A program made the translations under genes and the position numbers. A stretch of DNA of 64,000 nt from an uncultured bacterium (GTDB lineage Bacteria > Cyanobacteriota > Vampirovibrionia > Gastranaerophilales > JAILCC01): contig CASDUJ010000003.1 of the NCBI GenBank assembly GCA_949283935.1, positions 30,920-94,919 of the forward strand, read 5' to 3'. Under the pieces are notes generated by a model, which did no database searches, had not been told where the DNA came from, and saw only the letters and a list, made by a program, of their open reading frames with translations. Shown here piece after piece: positions 47,853 to 57,152 of the stretch. The stretch's first letter is position 1. Every line of letters starts with the position of its first letter.

Positions 47853-49982
47853 TTGATTATGAGAAGATACAAACAAGGATTTATTTCTTACATAGTTGCA
47901 ACCATATTAATGATAATTATATCTGGAGCAATTGTGTTCAATTTTTACATGGGTTCATTAAAACCAATAAAAAATTTAGAAAAATTTATTCCCAATCACG
48001 TAACACAAATCATATCTTCTGATGATGTAGTAATAAAAACCTTTGGAGTTTATAAAATTACAAAAGTTAATTCACAAGAAATACCAACTCTTTTGAAAAC
48101 AGCATTTATATCTATAGAAGACAAGAATTTTTATAAGCATGAAGGTTATGATTTAACTGCGCTTTTAAGATCTACTTTAGTAAATTTACAAGCAGGGCGT
48201 TCCAAACAAGGAGCGAGTACTATTACCCAACAATTAGCAAGAATTTTGTTTTTGTCTTCGGAAAAAACATACACTAGAAAGATTAAAGAATTAATACTTG
48301 CAAGAAGAATTGAAAAAACTTGGACAAAAGAAGAAATTCTTACTATGTATTTAAACAATGTTTATTTGGGAGAAGGAGCCTATGGTGTAGCGGCTGCCTC
48401 AGAAGTTTATTTTGATAAAAAGCTAGAAGATTTAACCATACCTGAAGCTGCACTTATAGCAGGTTTACCACAAGCTCCATCTATTTATTCTCCTTATCAA
48501 AATCCTGATTTAGCAATAAAACGTCGTAACCAAGTTATAAAAAGGATGTACGCAAACAAATATATAAACAAAGAGCAATACGAACAAGCTTTAAACACTC
48601 CATTAAAATTGAGAAAAGAATACATTTCATATTCACAAAACAAAGCACCTTATTTTTCAGATTATGTAATGAGAGAACTTGCAGCATTAGGGTTTAGTGA
48701 AGATGAAATAAGTCAAGGTGGTTATAAAATATACACAACATTAAACTACGAATTTCAACAAGTAGCCCAAGATAAATTATGGAGTGATATGAAAGCTTGG
48801 GGATTAAGCAAAGATGAGCAACAAGCAGCTTTATTTTCATATGAAACTTCGAGCGGAAAAATTCTTGCATACATAGGAGGAAAAGATTACAGCAAGAGCC
48901 AATTTGATAGAGTATCTCAATCAATTCGACCTCCAGGTTCAGCTTTCAAAGTTTTGGTATACACAACGGCTGTAGAACAAGGCATGTCCCCAAATATGTT
49001 ATACAAAGATGAACCTGTAACTATAGGAGATTGGAGTCCAAACAATTACGGAAAAAAATACAGAGGAGAAATTCCGGTATACCAAGCACTTGCATATTCA
49101 TCTAATGTTATTGCAGCAAAAATTATAATGGATGCAGGTGTTAGCGAAGTAATCAGGCTAGCAAAACGCATGGGAATAAATACTCCATTAGCAAATGATC
49201 CTACAATAGCACTAGGTTCAAATGGTGTAAAATTAATTGAACTTACTAATGCATATGGTGTTTTAGCTAATGGAGGGATATGGGTACAACCTTATGCGGT
49301 AGAAAAAATAGTAACTGCAACCGGAAAAGAAATCTATAATGCATCACCTTCATATAAGAGAGTTTTAAGTTTAGACACAGCAGCAAAAGTTGTAGAAATG
49401 ATGAAGCAAGTTGTTATTGCAGGAACAGGAAGAACTGCAAACATAGGCGGGCAAGTAGCAGGAAAAACTGGTACTACTGATGATTACAGAGATGCTTGGT
49501 TTGTAGGATTTACTCCGGACATAGTAACTGGAGTTTGGGTAGGCAATGATAATAATGTCCCGATGAGAGGACTTACAGGTGGAACTTTACCTGCAAAAAT
49601 TTGGGCAGATTATATGAAAGTTGCTAATTTAAACGCAAAAGATAAAGTTTTTCCATTCCCCAAAATTGAACTTAACCCACATGAATTTGACTCGCAATCA
49701 GAAATCTCAGAAGAAACTATTTCAGAAGAAGGTACAGAATTAGAACAAAAGACAACCGAAATAAATACTCAACAAAATACACCATCAACAGAAGACTTAA
49801 GAGTTCCAACAACAAAAGAATCTACAGGGACAGAAGTTCCGGTGCTACAAAACAGTCAACCTATCATTCCAAATCATATTCCTGCTCCTGCAGCACCTAA
49901 AGTGGAACATTCGCAACAAGACATACCCAATATTCCGATACTAAGAACAACAGCACCTTCTCCAGAAAACTATTCTGAATAA
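47853..49982 (+). CDS. Class A penicillin-binding protein (glycosyltransferase plus transpeptidase) with P/T/Q-rich C-terminal tail
   Basis: GT51 motifs SIEDKNFYKHEGYD, GASTITQQLAR, RKIKE. Transpeptidase SAFK, SSN, KTGTT. N-terminal TM anchor. Confidence 0.9.
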   Translation: MIMRRYKQGFISYIVATILMIIISGAIVFNFYMGSLKPIKNLEKFIPNHVTQIISSDDVVIKTFGVYKITKVNSQEIPTLLKTAFISIEDKNFYKHEGYDLTALLRSTLVNLQAGRSKQGASTITQQLARILFLSSEKTYTRKIKELILARRIEKTWTKEEILTMYLNNVYLGEGAYGVAAASEVYFDKKLEDLTIPEAALIAGLPQAPSIYSPYQNPDLAIKRRNQVIKRMYANKYINKEQYEQALNTPLKLRKEYISYSQNKAPYFSDYVMRELAALGFSEDEISQGGYKIYTTLNYEFQQVAQDKLWSDMKAWGLSKDEQQAALFSYETSSGKILAYIGGKDYSKSQFDRVSQSIRPPGSAFKVLVYTTAVEQGMSPNMLYKDEPVTIGDWSPNNYGKKYRGEIPVYQALAYSSNVIAAKIIMDAGVSEVIRLAKRMGINTPLANDPTIALGSNGVKLIELTNAYGVLANGGIWVQPYAVEKIVTATGKEIYNASPSYKRVLSLDTAAKVVEMMKQVVIAGTGRTANIGGQVAGKTGTTDDYRDAWFVGFTPDIVTGVWVGNDNNVPMRGLTGGTLPAKIWADYMKVANLNAKDKVFPFPKIELNPHEFDSQSEISEETISEEGTELEQKTTEINTQQNTPSTEDLRVPTTKESTGTEVPVLQNSQPIIPNHIPAPAAPKVEHSQQDIPNIPILRTTAPSPENYSE

Positions 49983-50001
49983 AAAATATACTTATTGACA
50001 A

Positions 50002-51387
50002 CTATAAAGTTTTAAGTTGTAAATAAATTTTTTCTACAACATTATCCCAAGAAGCTGGCTTTATTTGCCTAATAAGTTCGACACTTTTATACCAAGAAGT
50101 ATTTGTAGATTCATCAAACCAACGCCATTCAGAATAATAAGGTAGCATAAGCAAAGTTCTCACTCCTAATGCACCTGCCAAATGAACTGGAGCACTATCA
50201 ATAGTTATTAAAACATCTAAATTTTTCATAGCTGCAGCTGTATCATCAAAATCATTAAAAGTTTTTCCCAAATTAACAATGTTAGGATAATCCTTTAATT
50301 CATCAAACACATCATCTTTTTGAAATGAATAAAAAGCCATATTGGGTATTTGGAACAATTTTTCAAGTTTAGAAAGCTTAATTCTTCTATATTTTGCATT
50401 TCGTTTTTGTAATTCGCCTCCAACGTAACAAATTCCAATTTTTACTAAATTATTATTGAAATATTTATTTTTGTAATCTAAAATTTTTGTTTGATCTACT
50501 TTAAGATACCCATCACTAAATGGAATGCTGCTAAAATCCATATTCAAAAAATAAGGTAAGTTCATAGCCAAAACGCAATAATCATAAGTAATACCACTCA
50601 AATTATCATAAAATTCAATCCCCTTAAATGAATTTTCAAAAAGTTTTTTTAGAGAAACATGACAGCAAACTTTCACGCGAGAAAAACAATCTTTCAAAAA
50701 GTTGAAATATCTTGAAAACATAATAGCATCACCTAAGCCATAATCACAAAAAACAAGAATTTCTTTGTCAGGATATTTGCTTCCATTCCAAAAATTCTTA
50801 AGCTGAGTTATACCTTTTACAGGACGTTTTAGAAAATAAGGATAACCTTTTTCAAATTTTTTTTGCATAAAATAAGTCATGGCTAGGCTATAATTTGCAT
50901 AAGCATCATCTGGTTTGATTTTCACAGTTCTATCTAAATAATATATAGACTTGGAGAATTCTTTATTTTTTCTACATAAGACTCCTAAATTATACAAAGC
51001 AGGATAATTTTCTTTTATTTTTAAAGATTTTTCATAAACACTATATGCTTTATCAAGCATATCTAAATTTTCGTATATCAAACCTAAATTATTTAGACCA
51101 ACAAAATCATTGGGTTCTATTTCTAAAGCTTTTTCATAAAAGACTCTAGCTTGTTCGTAAGTTTTCAAATCACCTAAAAAAACAGCTATTTTTCTAATTA
51201 AAAAAAGTTCATTTTTTCCTGAATTATTAAGTAGATTTAAATTATTTGTTCTAATATAAATTGCAGCTAACACATCAATAGCTTCAATAGAATTTGGATT
51301 TTCAGAAAGAATTTGGCAGCTAATAGTTTCAGCTTCTTCAAAATTACCAATATTAAAAGAATTTATTGCATCATCAATTTTATCCAT
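50002..51387 (-). CDS. TPR-repeat protein fused to a GT9-like (heptosyltransferase-fold) glycosyltransferase domain
   Basis: N-terminal TPRs (YEKALEIEPNDFVGLNNLG..., YEKSLKIKENYPALYNLG...). C-terminal GLGDAIMFSRY and ITIDSAPVHLAGALGVRTLLMLP. Confidence 0.65.
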   Translation of the reverse strand: MDKIDDAINSFNIGNFEEAETISCQILSENPNSIEAIDVLAAIYIRTNNLNLLNNSGKNELFLIRKIAVFLGDLKTYEQARVFYEKALEIEPNDFVGLNNLGLIYENLDMLDKAYSVYEKSLKIKENYPALYNLGVLCRKNKEFSKSIYYLDRTVKIKPDDAYANYSLAMTYFMQKKFEKGYPYFLKRPVKGITQLKNFWNGSKYPDKEILVFCDYGLGDAIMFSRYFNFLKDCFSRVKVCCHVSLKKLFENSFKGIEFYDNLSGITYDYCVLAMNLPYFLNMDFSSIPFSDGYLKVDQTKILDYKNKYFNNNLVKIGICYVGGELQKRNAKYRRIKLSKLEKLFQIPNMAFYSFQKDDVFDELKDYPNIVNLGKTFNDFDDTAAAMKNLDVLITIDSAPVHLAGALGVRTLLMLPYYSEWRWFDESTNTSWYKSVELIRQIKPASWDNVVEKIYLQLKTL

Positions 51388-51436
51388 AAAAAATATTATA
51401 TATGCAGATGAATATTTTTAACAACTATTTATCAAG

Positions 51437-51808
51437 TTATTCTTGAAAATTTTTGACAGCTTTAAAAAGTTTCGCCAAAACAACCATGGCAGGTGTATCG
51501 TTAGAAAGTTTTTGAATAGTTTTTCCGCTTCCTTTACAATAACCTCTTGGAGTTAATTGAAATACGTAACAATCTCTTCTCAAGCCATTCGTCTTGATTT
51601 CATCTAAAAATGCAGTCAAAACGTAATTATTTTTCATTTTTTTAAGTTCATCAATTCTTCTTAAAGTTACAGCAATTCTTTTTGGATTTTTAGTCAAAAA
51701 AGAATCAAATCTTGCTTTTGAAACAAGACTAGAAACAATATTACCCATATCAACACCAAATGATTGGATATTACTTTTTTTATTATAATTTACAGCTGAA
51801 ATTTTCAT
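51437..51808 (-). CDS. Hypothetical small protein (123 aa) with N-terminal SFG tag
   Basis: Begins 13 nt downstream of the previous ORF, same strand. N-terminus MKISAVNYNKKSNIQSFGVDM. No known motif. Confidence 0.5.
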   Translation of the reverse strand: MKISAVNYNKKSNIQSFGVDMGNIVSSLVSKARFDSFLTKNPKRIAVTLRRIDELKKMKNNYVLTAFLDEIKTNGLRRDCYVFQLTPRGYCKGSGKTIQKLSNDTPAMVVLAKLFKAVKNFQE

Positions 51809-51821
51809 TATATATTAACTC

Positions 51822-52154
51822 CTATAATTTTTGATTCGAAATCATTGCTTTTAAGCTTAAATAAAGAAAAGAAAGCTTTTTTATGGGATCTGTATCTTTT
51901 TGAATTTCCATTAATAGTTTAGGGGTTTTCATATTATCATGGAAAAAATAAAATTGCTGCTTATTTTTACTGTTATCTTTAGAAAAAATTTGTCCTGGAG
52001 CACATTCGATTTCTCCCCACATATGAGCAAATTTTCTTATGAATTTACGTTTTTGGACAGCTGAACGCATAGCTTGCCATCCAAGTTGAAGTGTTGGGGT
52101 ATCCATCTTAGCTCCAAAGCTTTTGTTGTAATACGAAATTTTATTTGCTTGCAT
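51822..52154 (-). CDS. Hypothetical small protein (110 aa) with N-terminal SFGAK tag
   Basis: Strong RBS aaaggag 6 nt upstream. N-terminus MQANKISYYNKSFGAKM. No known motif. Confidence 0.5.
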   Translation of the reverse strand: MQANKISYYNKSFGAKMDTPTLQLGWQAMRSAVQKRKFIRKFAHMWGEIECAPGQIFSKDNSKNKQQFYFFHDNMKTPKLLMEIQKDTDPIKKLSFLYLSLKAMISNQKL

Positions 52155-52316
52155 ACACTTCTCCTTTAAAAATTACAATTTAAGTTAAGAAAATTTTTTC
52201 AAAATTGTTGCTTAAATTTATTTGTATTTTAAATTATGATTTTAACAAAAGTTCTCAATATAATAAAACACAAGACTTTTATATAATAACTGCTAAATAA
52301 ATTTTTTTGCCACTAA

Positions 52317-52341
52317 AAATAATCCATAAGATTTAGATTAA
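52317..52341 (-). repeat. 25-nt element TTAATCTAAATCTTATGGATTATTT, copy 2 (oriented toward the 52154 gene)
   Basis: The plus strand reads AAATAATCCATAAGATTTAGATTAA, the exact reverse complement of 31918-31942. Confidence 0.9.
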
Positions 52342-52354
52342 TTACACCAAAAGG

Positions 52355-52382
52355 TTGATGAAGGTACATAGATAAATATAGT
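52355..52382 (+). promoter_or_regulatory. Putative promoter TTGATG-16-TATAGT for the flagellar operon
   Basis: Read directly, 40 nt upstream of the ATG at 52422. Confidence 0.35.
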
Positions 52383-52421
52383 AATTTATAAGTAATTGGG
52401 GATAGTGAGACGGTAAATATT

Positions 52422-53030
52422 ATGCAAATTTCAAGTTTAGACATAACGCTAAGGCGTATAAGTCAAATAGAACGTCAATTTGCAGTGCTTGATAAGAATT
52501 TAGGGGAAGAAAATTCTTTTGAAAAAGCACTAAATACGGCCATGTCTACTAACTCAAAAGAAGAAGTAAATAACACATTTACAAAATTACCAGAAATCAC
52601 AAGTATTTCATCTTTTTCAACAACAACAAATGAATTGCCGGATTTTGACGATATTATAAAATCTCAAGCAGCCAAAAACGGAATTGACGAAAATTTATTA
52701 AAAGCCGTAATAAAAACCGAATCTGGATTTAATCCCAATGCCCGTTCTGGCGCAGGAGCCATGGGGCTAATGCAATTAATGCCTGGAACAGCAGAAAGTT
52801 TAGGAGTAACAGACCCATACAATCCATATCAAAATGTGGAAGGAGGCACAAAATATTTAAAGAAATTACTTTCGAAATACGATGGTAACAAAGAAATGGC
52901 ACTAGCAGCATATAATGCAGGTCCTGGAACTGTGGATAGATATGGAGGAATTCCACCTTATAAAGAGACACAAAATTATGTCAAAAAAGTTTTAGCTCAA
53001 GAAGCTAAACTAAATGGAGGAGAGCAATAA
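52422..53030 (+). CDS. Soluble lytic transglycosylase (SLT domain), first gene of the flagellar operon
   Basis: SLT catalytic region [30 protein letters not shown]...[10 protein letters not shown]. Stop and flgF start share one base (TAATG). Confidence 0.8.
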   Translation: MQISSLDITLRRISQIERQFAVLDKNLGEENSFEKALNTAMSTNSKEEVNNTFTKLPEITSISSFSTTTNELPDFDDIIKSQAAKNGIDENLLKAVIKTESGFNPNARSGAGAMGLMQLMPGTAESLGVTDPYNPYQNVEGGTKYLKKLLSKYDGNKEMALAAYNAGPGTVDRYGGIPPYKETQNYVKKVLAQEAKLNGGEQ

Positions 53031-53836
53031 TGCTAAGAGGAATTGATGCCACAAAATCAGGAATGATGAGTGTTTTAGAATACAACGACAATATTGCACA
53101 TTCACTTGCGAATGCAAATACAATTGCATTTAAACAAACAAAATTATCTTTTAAAAATATTCATGACAGTGTAATAAATGCAATGCAAGGTAATAACAAT
53201 AATCTTGAATCATCTGGAAAAATTGGAACCCTTAGTCAAGGCTCTGTTATAGACAGCTACAGTATAGATTTTTCACAAGGAACAATTAAAGAAACCGGAA
53301 GAACATTTGATATAGCAATAAATGGAGATGGTTTTTTCAAAATGAAAATGGATGATGGCTCCTATAGCTATTCGAGAAATGGTGTATTTCAAGTTCAAAC
53401 AGATGGAACAATAACAGATAATCAAGGTAATCCCTTGATGAACAAAGATGGAATAGTTAAAATTCAAATAAAAGAAGGCTCCAAGCAAGCTTTAATAGAT
53501 TTTAACAAAATAACAATAAGAAACAATGGAGAAATTTATTACGACAAACAACAATACGGAAAAATTGATTTATACGATTTTCAAGACAAAGGCAAATTAA
53601 TAGACTTAGGCGAAGGAAGATTTGTTTCGACAGATGAAATCTCTAATCCTGCAATAATTATGGCAGAACCGAATATGCAACAATTTGCATTAGAACTTTC
53701 GAATGCCAATTCTATTTTGACGCTAATCAATTCAATGAATGCGCAAAGAGCATACGAGGCAATGAATAATGTTATGCAAACAAATTCGCAAACTTTACAA
53801 AAAACGATAAGTAGTGTTGGAAAAGCGGTAGGTTAA
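53030..53836 (+). CDS. flgF: Flagellar basal-body rod protein FlgF
   Basis: Rod-protein N-terminus (NIAHSLANANTIAFK), FDIAINGDGFF, C-terminal rod/hook domain. Directly upstream of flgG. Confidence 0.8.
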   Translation: MLRGIDATKSGMMSVLEYNDNIAHSLANANTIAFKQTKLSFKNIHDSVINAMQGNNNNLESSGKIGTLSQGSVIDSYSIDFSQGTIKETGRTFDIAINGDGFFKMKMDDGSYSYSRNGVFQVQTDGTITDNQGNPLMNKDGIVKIQIKEGSKQALIDFNKITIRNNGEIYYDKQQYGKIDLYDFQDKGKLIDLGEGRFVSTDEISNPAIIMAEPNMQQFALELSNANSILTLINSMNAQRAYEAMNNVMQTNSQTLQKTISSVGKAVG

Positions 53837-53857
53837 ACTAACTTCGGGAGGAAATAA

Positions 53858-54643
53858 ATGTTAAGGTCATTATCAACAGCAGCAACAGGAATGATAGCCC
53901 AACAATTAAATTTGGATGTTATAGCCAACAATGTTGCAAACGTTAACACAGCAGGATTTAAAAAGGTCAGAGCTGAATTTCAAGAATTACTAAGCCAAAC
54001 AATCAAAGCTCCCGGAGCAATGACGGACCAAGGAACTACACAACCTATAGGAGTTAACGTAGGTCTTGGAACCAAATCTTCTGCAACGCAAAAGATATTT
54101 ACATCAGGAACAATTCAAGCAACCGGAGGAAAATACGATTTGGCTATAGAAGGCGATGGATTCTTCCAAATTCAATTATCAGATGGTTCTTTGGCATACA
54201 CCAGAGATGGAAATTTCAAAGTTGATGCAAATGGACAAATTGTGACTACAGACGGATATTTACTGCAACCTGCCATATCAATTCCACAAGATGCCATTGA
54301 AGTTACAATTACTCCGGATGGAAAAGTATCTGTAAAAACAGGGACCGACACAAATTTAACGGAAACAGGTCAAATTCAACCAGTAAGATTTTTAAATCCG
54401 GCAGGTCTTGCATCAATAGGAGCAAACCTTTACAAAGAAACATCAGCTTCTGGAACACCTTTTGAAGGCATAGCTGGACAAGATGGATTTGGAACAATTC
54501 AACAAGGTTTTATAGAAGGTTCAAATGTACAAATTGTAGAAGAAATGATTAACCTAATTCAAGCAGAAAGAGCTTTTGAATCAAATTCTAAAGTAGTAAG
54601 TTCTGCCAACGAAATTTTGAAAACTACAAATCAATTGAGGTAA
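53858..54643 (+). CDS. flgG: Flagellar distal rod protein FlgG
   Basis: MLRSLSTAATGMIAQQLNLDVIANNVANVNTAGFK, DLAIEGDGFFQ, C-terminal EEMINLIQAERAFESNSKV. Confidence 0.9.
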   Translation: MLRSLSTAATGMIAQQLNLDVIANNVANVNTAGFKKVRAEFQELLSQTIKAPGAMTDQGTTQPIGVNVGLGTKSSATQKIFTSGTIQATGGKYDLAIEGDGFFQIQLSDGSLAYTRDGNFKVDANGQIVTTDGYLLQPAISIPQDAIEVTITPDGKVSVKTGTDTNLTETGQIQPVRFLNPAGLASIGANLYKETSASGTPFEGIAGQDGFGTIQQGFIEGSNVQIVEEMINLIQAERAFESNSKVVSSANEILKTTNQLR

Positions 54644-54646
54644 CAA

Positions 54647-55357
54647 ATGAAATTTTTATTTAAAACAGCATTAATATTTCTGATTTTTGTCACATTTTGG
54701 AGTGACAAAGTTAATGCAATTGTTTTAGATAAAGATTATTTAGAATCAAAAATTACAGAAGATCTCAATAATAAATACAAAAAAAATAATCCAGACGGAG
54801 CAGTAATAGTAAGAAATGTACCTATAATTAGTGTAAATTTAGAAGGTTCAACTTTAGTAATTGATACTTACTGTGATTTTACAACAACAGGCAGGAACAA
54901 ACTGGCAAAAGTTACACTAACAGAAAATGGTAACATATTAAGAACCTTTGTAGTACCAATAGAAATAAAAGCATATGATACCGTTCTTGTAGCATCGAGA
55001 GATATTTCAAGGGGTGAAAATTTAAACACAAGTAACACCAAATATGAAAAAAGAAGTATAGAAAGTAACACAGGTAATGTAATTACAGAAAATTTTGCTT
55101 TAGAAAATTTAATTTCCCAACGTTCAATAAAAGCTGGAGAAATTATTGACAAAAGATTTATTAGGAAACAAACAGCAATATATCGTTCTAATCCAGTAAC
55201 AGCTATATTTCAATCTGGAGGAATTCGTTTAAGCATAGAAGTTACAGCAATGGAAAATGGGGGAATAGGCGATTACATAAAAGTTCGAAGTAAAGAATAC
55301 AATAAAATTTATCAAGGCAAAATTATAAGTTCAAATCAAGTTTTAATTCAAATATGA
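54647..55357 (+). CDS. flgA: Flagellar P-ring assembly chaperone FlgA
   Basis: Signal peptide. C-terminal SAF/FlgA domain (IKAGEIIDKRFI...NGGIGDYIKVRS...YQGKIISSNQVLIQI). Confidence 0.75.
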   Translation: MKFLFKTALIFLIFVTFWSDKVNAIVLDKDYLESKITEDLNNKYKKNNPDGAVIVRNVPIISVNLEGSTLVIDTYCDFTTTGRNKLAKVTLTENGNILRTFVVPIEIKAYDTVLVASRDISRGENLNTSNTKYEKRSIESNTGNVITENFALENLISQRSIKAGEIIDKRFIRKQTAIYRSNPVTAIFQSGGIRLSIEVTAMENGGIGDYIKVRSKEYNKIYQGKIISSNQVLIQI

Positions 55358-55369
55358 GGTATATAAAAA

Positions 55370-56008
55370 ATGAAAGTTTGGGGAGAGAAAAATTTAATAA
55401 TAGCATTAATTATTATTATGAGTGCATTACCGACATATGCAGAATCACTATTCCAAACAGGAATTTCTGAAAACCAAGCCTATTATTCAGTACAGCCAAG
55501 ATCTTTGTACAATAGTGGCAGAGCGAGAGGTGTAGGAGATATTGTCACAATAGAATTAGATGAATCAATTACAACAAATGACTCAATGAAATATCAACTT
55601 GAAAGAAGTTCTGAGCTTAATGATTCATTTTCAGGTTTAATCAACAAAGCATTACCTGAAAGTTGGAGAATTCCTGCAGAATTAAATGGTTTTGGAGGAG
55701 GACAATCTGTTAACAATACTGTAACTAGAAACAGAGCAGTAACATACCAAAACACAGTAAGTGCGCAAGTAACTCAAGTCCTACCTAACGGAAATTTACT
55801 TGTACAAGGTAAAAAAGCAACCATAAGTAACGGAGAAAAAGTTAACTTAATAATAAGCGGAATAGTAGATCCACGCTGGATATCAAGAGAAGGGGTAATA
55901 GAATCCGGAAAAGTCGCCAATCTTCAAATGGCAGTTGTAGGAGACGGAACAGTTTCGCGTTCTGACAACGAAGGACTTGTTAACAAATTTGTAAGGTTCT
56001 TGTTCTAA
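55370..56008 (+). CDS. flgH: Flagellar L-ring protein FlgH (no cysteine, so apparently not a lipoprotein)
   Basis: SLF...RARGVGDIVTIELDE, LVQGKK...ISGIVDPRWI, typical FlgH. The ORF has no Cys anywhere. Confidence 0.85.
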   Translation: MKVWGEKNLIIALIIIMSALPTYAESLFQTGISENQAYYSVQPRSLYNSGRARGVGDIVTIELDESITTNDSMKYQLERSSELNDSFSGLINKALPESWRIPAELNGFGGGQSVNNTVTRNRAVTYQNTVSAQVTQVLPNGNLLVQGKKATISNGEKVNLIISGIVDPRWISREGVIESGKVANLQMAVVGDGTVSRSDNEGLVNKFVRFLF

Positions 56009-56023
56009 GGAGGTAAAAGAGAA

Positions 56024-57142
56024 ATGAAAATGAAAAAAATATTTAGTTTTATATTAATAACCTCGCTTTTCACACCATTTGTAGGTATATTTGAAGTTGG
56101 AGCTACAACTGTAAGAGTTAAAGACATAGCACACGTAAGTGGAATTAGAGAAAATCAAGTTGTAGGATATGGTATAGTAACAGGCTTAGCCAGTACTGGA
56201 GACAACAGCCGTTCGACACAAATTACAAACCAAAATTTGCTAAACAACCTTGGTACAACCATTGAAAATTTTAATGATATTAAAAAAGGTAATGCAGCTG
56301 CAGTAATTGTAACAGCAACAATTCCGCCATTTGCAAAAAATGGTGACAGAATAGATGTAACTGTTTCTTCAATGGCAGATGCAAAAAGTTTAGAAGGAGG
56401 CATTCTTGTGCAAACACAACTTAGCGCACCAAATGGAGAAGTTATAGCCGTAGCACAAGGTCCAATAAGTGTAGGCGGAACAGATCAATCCGGAGGAGGC
56501 AGCAGAGTCAGAACATCAATAACCACTTCAGGAAGAATTCCTGGGGGAGCAATTATAGAAAGAGACATTCACACAACGATAGGTGATGAAAATGGAATTA
56601 AATTAGTTTTGAATAAACCGGATTACACGATGGTTTCGCGAGTTACACAAGCTATAAACACAAATCTTGCGCCAGCAAGAGCAATTGATGGAAATTCAAT
56701 TCAAGTAAGTATTCCCACAAGTTTTCAAAACAACAGAGTTGGTTTTCTTTCTATGATAGAAAATCTTGTGGTAACAGCCAATGACAATCCGGCAAAAGTC
56801 ATAGTAAACGAAAGAACAGGAACAGTAGTAATTGGAAATGAAGTAAAACTCCTTCCTGCTGCAATAGCTCATGGAAATTTAACAGTAAGCATTAGAACAG
56901 ATTTTGATGTATCACAACCCAATCCATTTGCCCCACCTGGAGCCCAAACTGTAGTAACAGGAACAAGTGAAATTGAAGTTACCAAAGAATCAGGGAAAAT
57001 CGTTGAACTACCTGCTAATTCAAATTTAAGTCAACTTGTAAGAGCTTTAAATTCAATAGGAGTAACACCATTTGATTTAATTTCAATTTTACAAGCACTA
57101 AAAGCAGCAGGATCATTGCAAGCTACTATAGAAATAATTTAG
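56024..57142 (+). CDS. flgI: Flagellar P-ring protein FlgI
   Basis: RVKDIAHVSGIRENQVVGYGIVTGLASTGD, GDRIDVTVSSMADAKSLEGG, C-terminal LISILQALKAAGSLQATIEII. Confidence 0.9.
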   Translation: MKMKKIFSFILITSLFTPFVGIFEVGATTVRVKDIAHVSGIRENQVVGYGIVTGLASTGDNSRSTQITNQNLLNNLGTTIENFNDIKKGNAAAVIVTATIPPFAKNGDRIDVTVSSMADAKSLEGGILVQTQLSAPNGEVIAVAQGPISVGGTDQSGGGSRVRTSITTSGRIPGGAIIERDIHTTIGDENGIKLVLNKPDYTMVSRVTQAINTNLAPARAIDGNSIQVSIPTSFQNNRVGFLSMIENLVVTANDNPAKVIVNERTGTVVIGNEVKLLPAAIAHGNLTVSIRTDFDVSQPNPFAPPGAQTVVTGTSEIEVTKESGKIVELPANSNLSQLVRALNSIGVTPFDLISILQALKAAGSLQATIEII

Positions 57143-57152
57143 TGAGGAAACA

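Noticed and set aside
47831-48022. 63-aa ORF overlapping the start of the PBP gene in another frame
   Set aside because: The PBP frame continues for 709 aa with GT51/transpeptidase motifs. The 63-aa frame has no support.
52295-52313. Possible sigma-54 promoter (GTGGCAAAAAAATTTAT on the minus strand), just downstream of the 25-nt element
   Set aside because: The -24 TGGCA is present. However, 10 nt after the GG the sequence is TA, not GC, so there is no -12 TTGC element. No sigma-54 or enhancer-binding protein genes are in the window.
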